Source of the DNA: a virus | Taxonomy: Duplodnaviria; Caudoviricetes | Strand: one strand, 5' to 3' | IMG/VR virus record: IMGVR_UViG_3300002461_000403 | Coordinates: 1 to 51,585 of that record | DNA: 51,585 nt | In this document: piece after piece, positions 46,918 through 51,585 of the stretch | How the letters are laid out: the number at the start of each line of letters is the position of its first letter | Position numbering within the stretch: the first letter of the stretch is position 1 | Translations under genes and position numbers: made by a program | The notes under the pieces: model-generated | Told to the model about the DNA's origin: nothing | What the model saw: the letters and a program-made list of their open reading frames with translations, nothing else | Databases searched by the model: none

Positions 46918-49900
46918 CTGCGGTTAGGCCTGCCCGCGCCGCTGTTGCACGAGCTTCAACCTCGCCTGCCAGTCGATTGTAGATGTGATACCCACTACCG
47001 CCCATGGCCTGTTTGGAGCGCAGAGCCTCAAACGCTGCATCGTCTTTGGCCAGCGCGATGGACTTTTCGTCCATTGGGCGATCGTCAATGTCGGTAAAGG
47101 GACGCGGGTCTGACTGATCGGCTGCCCAGTCCCGCCGCCATGCCACGTATTCATCAACCCCCATCTTGAGGTGAGCGGCGGCGCTGCGTAGCTCGCTGGC
47201 CTGGACAAAGCGCCGAGCCTGTATGCCGGTCAGCCGTTTGGTCGGCCCCTTGGTTGACAGATTGCCACCAGCGGCAAAGTCTTCGCGATCCTGAATGCCA
47301 TGCTGGATTTCATGCAGAAGAATGCGCCGGATGGCTGCTGCGTCAGGCCCCTCGGCAAACAATGTTTCGCCCGGTGCGCTCGATTGATACCCGCTTGTGC
47401 GCTCCGAGAGGCGCGTTCTCGCGCCAGAGGCTTGCATATCGGGGTATGCCTCGAACACGCCAGAGGCATCGATCACGTCCACAAGATCGCCAGAACGACG
47501 ACCAGTCAGCGCGGCCGAACTGTCATCAATCTCAAACCGCCACTGGCCGTCAACGCCACGGAACCAGCCCGTCGACTTCCAGATCGCCTCGCGTGGTTGC
47601 CCGTTGACCTCCATCTTCTGAGCGTCTTCAAGTGCGGAAAGGTTTGCTGTTAAGGCCGAGGGGCCAGCGAACGACGCCATGACGTTCTCAAACATACCGC
47701 CCGGCTGCTGCTCTGCCTCTTGTGCAGCGGAAAGGATCTCTGCCTTTTCTTCTGCTTCTACAGGTTGGCCGTTGACTGAGACAATCTGGACAAGGTTCTC
47801 ATCGAACACGACTAGGTTTCGGTTGCCATCGCCACGGGCGCGCGAGTCTGCGTCAAGATAGCGAACTCCGACCACGCCAGCGGCTTTTAACTTCTCAGCC
47901 GCTTCGACAGGATTTTTTGCAAGCAAACCGTTCATAAAGGCTGGCCCAACGGGTTGCCCCTTGGTGACGACCCCCTTCCACTCGTGCGGGCCTTGATCCC
48001 ATCCATCTCCTAAAATGGACTGCATTCGTTTGTTTACAAAATCGCTTTGCTCGGCGAGCGGCTTATCCCAGTCCAAGAAGCGCTCTTCGTCAGCATCAAT
48101 GCTAACCTCGTACAAGTGGCCGGGGGGCTCCATCACGTACTGCTTCGACAGCTCGGCGTGCCGACGATCTTCTGGCGAATTTGCAAAGATGTCGTCAATT
48201 CTTTTTAGTGCAAGCTGCGTGTCACCGTTTGTAAAATCAAGCGCTTCCTTGGCCTGATCCATTGCAGCATGATTTCTCGGATTATTGCCAAGGCCGAGAT
48301 GTACTCGATACCACTTCGCTATGCTTTCAGATTCAGCAAAATAGAACCCGTATCCATAGGCTTGCGCTCCTTCTCCGGTTCCGATCCGATCCATGCGGAA
48401 CTTGCGGAACGAATGCGGTGAGCCATGGTAGGCCCGGATGGCAAACATCAGGCCCTTCGGAACGAACGTCCCTCCCATTCCCTCAAGTGCTGGATCGCGC
48501 TTTCCGATGGCCCCTTCATCTATAGCCTGAAACACATCCTCTACAGTCTGGAAGCCTAGACCTCTGAGGGCGTTAGAGAGGCGTTCAAGGAACTGCGCAA
48601 TCCGGTCAACGATGGCGTCGACCTTCGTTCCGTAGGACTGGCCACCCATCCGTTCGGATACCAGAACCGCGACGGCCTCTTCATCCAGCAAATCTTGAAG
48701 GATTGCTTCATCCCAAAGGTTGATGGATTGGAGCGAGGCCACCCGGTCTACCGGATCGAACCCAAACATCTCGACCAGCTTTGTCTCAACGTCCGCCCAT
48801 GGCAGTTTCACGAGATCCACAAACCCGCGACGGGTCAGCATCTCTTTGGCGACCTTGGCGGCGTAACTCTGGCGGTACTCGACCAGCTTGTCCTGGCCAA
48901 TGTCGGAACGGACACGGGCCTTGTTCGCCGCTTCCGTCAGGAGCTTCCATTCGGCGTCTGTGATGAGCCCCAGATCTCTCAGGGCGTGGATTTCCTCATG
49001 CCGGATCGTCGTCAGTGCGTTATCGAGACCGCTTTCTAGCGCAATTTTGATGAGCTTCCGGCCGCTGTCGTAGTAGCCGTTCAGTTCATACTTGCCGATC
49101 TGGATACGGTTCTGAACCTCAACCTGAACGCCCTTATCCTTGATGCGCTTTGCGATCCTGAGAAGCTCGGCCTCGAACTCGCCGCGCTTGGCGTCAAATG
49201 CCGGAGTTGTGACTACACCCGGAGCGTTGACGCCGATGCGGGCTGCAACGTCGTCACCGAAATAGACATCCCGCTCCATCCGCTCCCGGTTCGCCAGGGC
49301 TTCAGGATCACGGGCATTCCAGAATGCCTTGCCATCTTCTGAAAGGGTTTCGACAGGTGGCGGGAGGAAGCGGACACCCGTCGTCGCGATGTCGCGCTCG
49401 ATCATGTCGAATACCGTCGTGGCAATGCCCCGGCCCTGGTATTCAGGATCGACGCTCATGTTCTGCACTGAAACCGCAAAACCGTCCGGGGCCGCATCGG
49501 TGCGTAGATAGAACCGGCCAATCTGAGTTTCATCAGCGGCCGACATTGTTGGAACCACCTCGCGTGAGGTCCGGGCACGTCCGCGATGGACGGTATAGGT
49601 CAGCGTGCCATGGCCAGCACGGGTTTCCACCCGGTATTCTCCCAGGATGATACGGGGAGGGATGGCCACCATCTTGAGGTTTTGGGTGAACTCGAACCAG
49701 TCGTTGACTGCACGGGTAGTTGCGAGCGACATCATCGCATCTTCTAGCGCGACATCCTGTCCACTTGCCTTGCGATTTTCTCCCGTTTCGCCTATATTCT
49801 CAGTGGAAGGAGACCCCGCCATGAGATACTTCGATTGGGATGGTTCGCCCGCAGTGGTGGAGGCCGACAAGGCAGCGGTGGTCAAGTCTGGCGACTGGTT

Positions 49901-51585
49901 GCTTGCGAGCCCTGAGCCCATACTCCGTGCAGCCTGGAGAGAGGCCCCCGAGGTCTCGCGCGACGAACTCTCGGCACTGTACCCCGCCGCCGACCTCTCG
50001 GCCGCCGAAGCCTTGCTGACCGCCAACTCCTGAAAGTCCATCGGCATGTCGGCAACGACTGTCGCGTAAAGCTCCCTCTGTAGCGCCTGTAGACGCGCCT
50101 TGGTGTCGTCATCGACGCCCTCGGCGCGTTCTTGTTCATAGAGCTTATGGCCGCCCCGGTTTTCTTTGGCGTCATACATCCCCGGTGGCCACATCTGCAA
50201 CTCGGCCACAACGCCATTATCGAGGATCACCATCAGCTTGCGGTCAAAGTAGCCGGACGGCGTGACGGCCCACCCTTCATCCACGATCGCGAATCGCTGC
50301 GCCAAGGCATCCACCATGGCATCGGAAACCGCCCGCGACGGCACGGTGAAGCCCGCTCGCGCGAGGTCTGTCAGGTTCCAGGCTTCCCGGCCTTGCAGCT
50401 TTTCTTCGGCTCGTGCGCGGCCCTTCGGCCCTGGATCGGCAATCGGGACGCCGAACTGATCGGCAATCTCTTTGGCAAATGCGGTGAGTTGTGCATGAGC
50501 CTCAACAGCGCGGGGGTAGAGCGCTTCGAAGTCCGCGTCGCCCTGTGATTTCTTGATCGCCAGTTTCAGATCGCGCCAGTCCTTCGGATCGAGCCCTTCG
50601 GACAGGACCGGCTTGCCCGGCTTAGGCATCAGGTCCGCTGCGTTGACCGGCTTCCGGTTCAGTTCCGTGACAACCGTTTCCAGTCTCTTGCGCTTGTCTA
50701 CGAGCTTATCTGTCTGTGGGAACGGCTTAGGTGTTGCCGCTTCCTGCATCTTGGGAAGGGTGTCTTCGTCGCGTGCGATGTCGGCCGACACCTTTGCCGC
50801 GTAGGCCGGAACACCTGTCAAAACCCGAACCCAACGCTGGATCACCTGTCCGGGGTCCGCATCCTCTCCAAGCACAAATGCCTGATCGGCTTGGTAGGTG
50901 GCCGTTCCCTCGATGATCGGCATGACTTCAACGCCGCCGATCGTCTTTTTAACCTCGGCCCGCATCGCAAACGATGAGATTTCGCCAAGGTCAACCGTAG
51001 TCTTATACCACTGCTGGCCAGCCCCTAAGAGATAGCGCTTGACGAACTCGCCTGCTTTCTTGCGGTCATCGACAACCGTGGGCTTGCCCGTGGTTTCCAG
51101 TTTGACCTTGAAGGCATCGCCCCGCATGTCTTCAACGCGCGGAACGTCCTGCTCGTACTGGACGTTGAACGCCTTGAGTGAGGCGACCTTATCTTGCAGG
51201 GCCTTGGCGCTTTTCGCGGCGGCCTTCTGCGACGTGTAATGGGCGCGCTCCGCAACTTCTAGCTTCCTCACCTCCCGCTCAAGTTCGGCCCGTTCAATAA
51301 TAAGCGGGTTGCCCGTGGCGGCGGCTTTTAATTCTGCGGCTTCCGGCAGCGGCGGCGTGATGTCCTCCATGTGGCGAACACCGGCCGCACCGGCATATAA
51401 CTGGCCGATAAACTGCGACTTGCGATCAAGCAACTGCCAGCGGTAGGCGTCGAAGCTCTTGACCGTGATATAGCGGAATATCCGCACTTCCTTGTTCTTG
51501 TTCCCCTGCCGGAGAATACGCCCGTCCCGCTGTTCCAAGTCTGCCGGCCGCCACGGGGCGTCAAGGTGGTGCATGGCGTAAAGGA
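46817..51585 (-). CDS. Large polyvalent (DarB-like) virion protein, middle part: SNF2 helicase C-terminus, RelA/SpoT synthetase, GNAT, metallopeptidase, ART-like, LPD23; 5' end outside the window
   Basis: HHLDAPWRPADLEQRDGRILRQGN; KGRARAEEK/DLAR/SGYFD/AELQ/GHKLYE; VDPEYQGRGIAT; RHEEIH; YHGSPH...GEGAQAYGYGFY; TGWFRGVDGQWRFEIDD...HEIQH...GEVEAR. Confidence 0.85.
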   Translation of the reverse strand, partial: LYAMHHLDAPWRPADLEQRDGRILRQGNKNKEVRIFRYITVKSFDAYRWQLLDRKSQFIGQLYAGAAGVRHMEDITPPLPEAAELKAAATGNPLIIERAELEREVRKLEVAERAHYTSQKAAAKSAKALQDKVASLKAFNVQYEQDVPRVEDMRGDAFKVKLETTGKPTVVDDRKKAGEFVKRYLLGAGQQWYKTTVDLGEISSFAMRAEVKKTIGGVEVMPIIEGTATYQADQAFVLGEDADPGQVIQRWVRVLTGVPAYAAKVSADIARDEDTLPKMQEAATPKPFPQTDKLVDKRKRLETVVTELNRKPVNAADLMPKPGKPVLSEGLDPKDWRDLKLAIKKSQGDADFEALYPRAVEAHAQLTAFAKEIADQFGVPIADPGPKGRARAEEKLQGREAWNLTDLARAGFTVPSRAVSDAMVDALAQRFAIVDEGWAVTPSGYFDRKLMVILDNGVVAELQMWPPGMYDAKENRGGHKLYEQERAEGVDDDTKARLQALQRELYATVVADMPMDFQELAVSKASAAERSAAGYSAESSSRETSGASLQAARSMGSGLASNQSPDLTTAALSASTTAGEPSQSKYLMAGSPSTENIGETGENRKASGQDVALEDAMMSLATTRAVNDWFEFTQNLKMVAIPPRIILGEYRVETRAGHGTLTYTVHRGRARTSREVVPTMSAADETQIGRFYLRTDAAPDGFAVSVQNMSVDPEYQGRGIATTVFDMIERDIATTGVRFLPPPVETLSEDGKAFWNARDPEALANRERMERDVYFGDDVAARIGVNAPGVVTTPAFDAKRGEFEAELLRIAKRIKDKGVQVEVQNRIQIGKYELNGYYDSGRKLIKIALESGLDNALTTIRHEEIHALRDLGLITDAEWKLLTEAANKARVRSDIGQDKLVEYRQSYAAKVAKEMLTRRGFVDLVKLPWADVETKLVEMFGFDPVDRVASLQSINLWDEAILQDLLDEEAVAVLVSERMGGQSYGTKVDAIVDRIAQFLERLSNALRGLGFQTVEDVFQAIDEGAIGKRDPALEGMGGTFVPKGLMFAIRAYHGSPHSFRKFRMDRIGTGEGAQAYGYGFYFAESESIAKWYRVHLGLGNNPRNHAAMDQAKEALDFTNGDTQLALKRIDDIFANSPEDRRHAELSKQYVMEPPGHLYEVSIDADEERFLDWDKPLAEQSDFVNKRMQSILGDGWDQGPHEWKGVVTKGQPVGPAFMNGLLAKNPVEAAEKLKAAGVVGVRYLDADSRARGDGNRNLVVFDENLVQIVSVNGQPVEAEEKAEILSAAQEAEQQPGGMFENVMASFAGPSALTANLSALEDAQKMEVNGQPREAIWKSTGWFRGVDGQWRFEIDDSSAALTGRRSGDLVDVIDASGVFEAYPDMQASGARTRLSERTSGYQSSAPGETLFAEGPDAAAIRRILLHEIQHGIQDREDFAAGGNLSTKGPTKRLTGIQARRFVQASELRSAAAHLKMGVDEYVAWRRDWAADQSDPRPFTDIDDRPMDEKSIALAKDDAAFEALRSKQAMGGSGYHIYNRLAGEVEARATAARAGLTADERSARPPWLDYDVAESDQIVLSPPPILCRLTQ
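49770..49812 (+). promoter_or_regulatory. Internal antisense sigma70 promoter and SD
   Basis: cTTGCGA(49770-75)-N17-TATATT(49793-98), close to the alphaproteobacterial CTTGAC-N17-CTATAT consensus; AAGGAG at 49807-49812, 8 nt before the ATG. Confidence 0.7.
49821..50033 (+). CDS. Nested antisense 70-aa gene; candidate immunity protein for the RelA/SpoT domain
   Basis: MRYFDWDGSPAVVEADKAAVVKSGDWLLASPEPILRAAWREAPEVSRDELSALYPAADLSAAEALLTANS; has its own promoter and SD; the host ORF turns Ser/Ala-rich over the same interval. Confidence 0.75.
   Translation: MRYFDWDGSPAVVEADKAAVVKSGDWLLASPEPILRAAWREAPEVSRDELSALYPAADLSAAEALLTANS

Noticed and set aside
49605-49820. N-terminal extension of the nested ORF in the ORF track
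   Set aside because: Reads as shadow sequence and contains the promoter and SD; the true start is ATG 49821.

Overview
This window is a large part of a temperate, podovirus-like phage genome. The host is probably an alphaproteobacterium of the Hyphomicrobiales, inferred from the porin type, GcrA, GapR and a suhB/MmgR-like RNA. The phage appears in its non-integrated (attP) arrangement. From left to right it contains: a truncated portal, TerL and TerS with interspersed HNH endonucleases; a divergent XRE-controlled + strand cassette with a highly structured leader; a long minus-strand early/middle operon (Cro, MmgR-like sRNA, porin, GcrA, replication initiator with iterons, DnaA-C protein, DUF6456-like late regulator, HslV-like peptidase, GapR, HD alarmone hydrolase, and a GG-ending ubiquitin-like protein with a Cys-containing partner); a frameshifted CI; a + strand recombination/xis/int operon ending at attP (3' half of tRNA-Thr-UGU); an accessory block with a serine recombinase; tailspike and lysis genes; and a giant polyvalent virion protein that runs off the right edge and is split by a 1-nt frame break. 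Best candidate for a new system: a 70-aa gene with its own sigma70 promoter and Shine-Dalgarno site, nested on the opposite strand inside the giant polyvalent gene directly behind its RelA/SpoT alarmone-synthetase domain. It may be an embedded antitoxin/immunity gene. All family calls are by eye from sequence motifs; no database searches were run.
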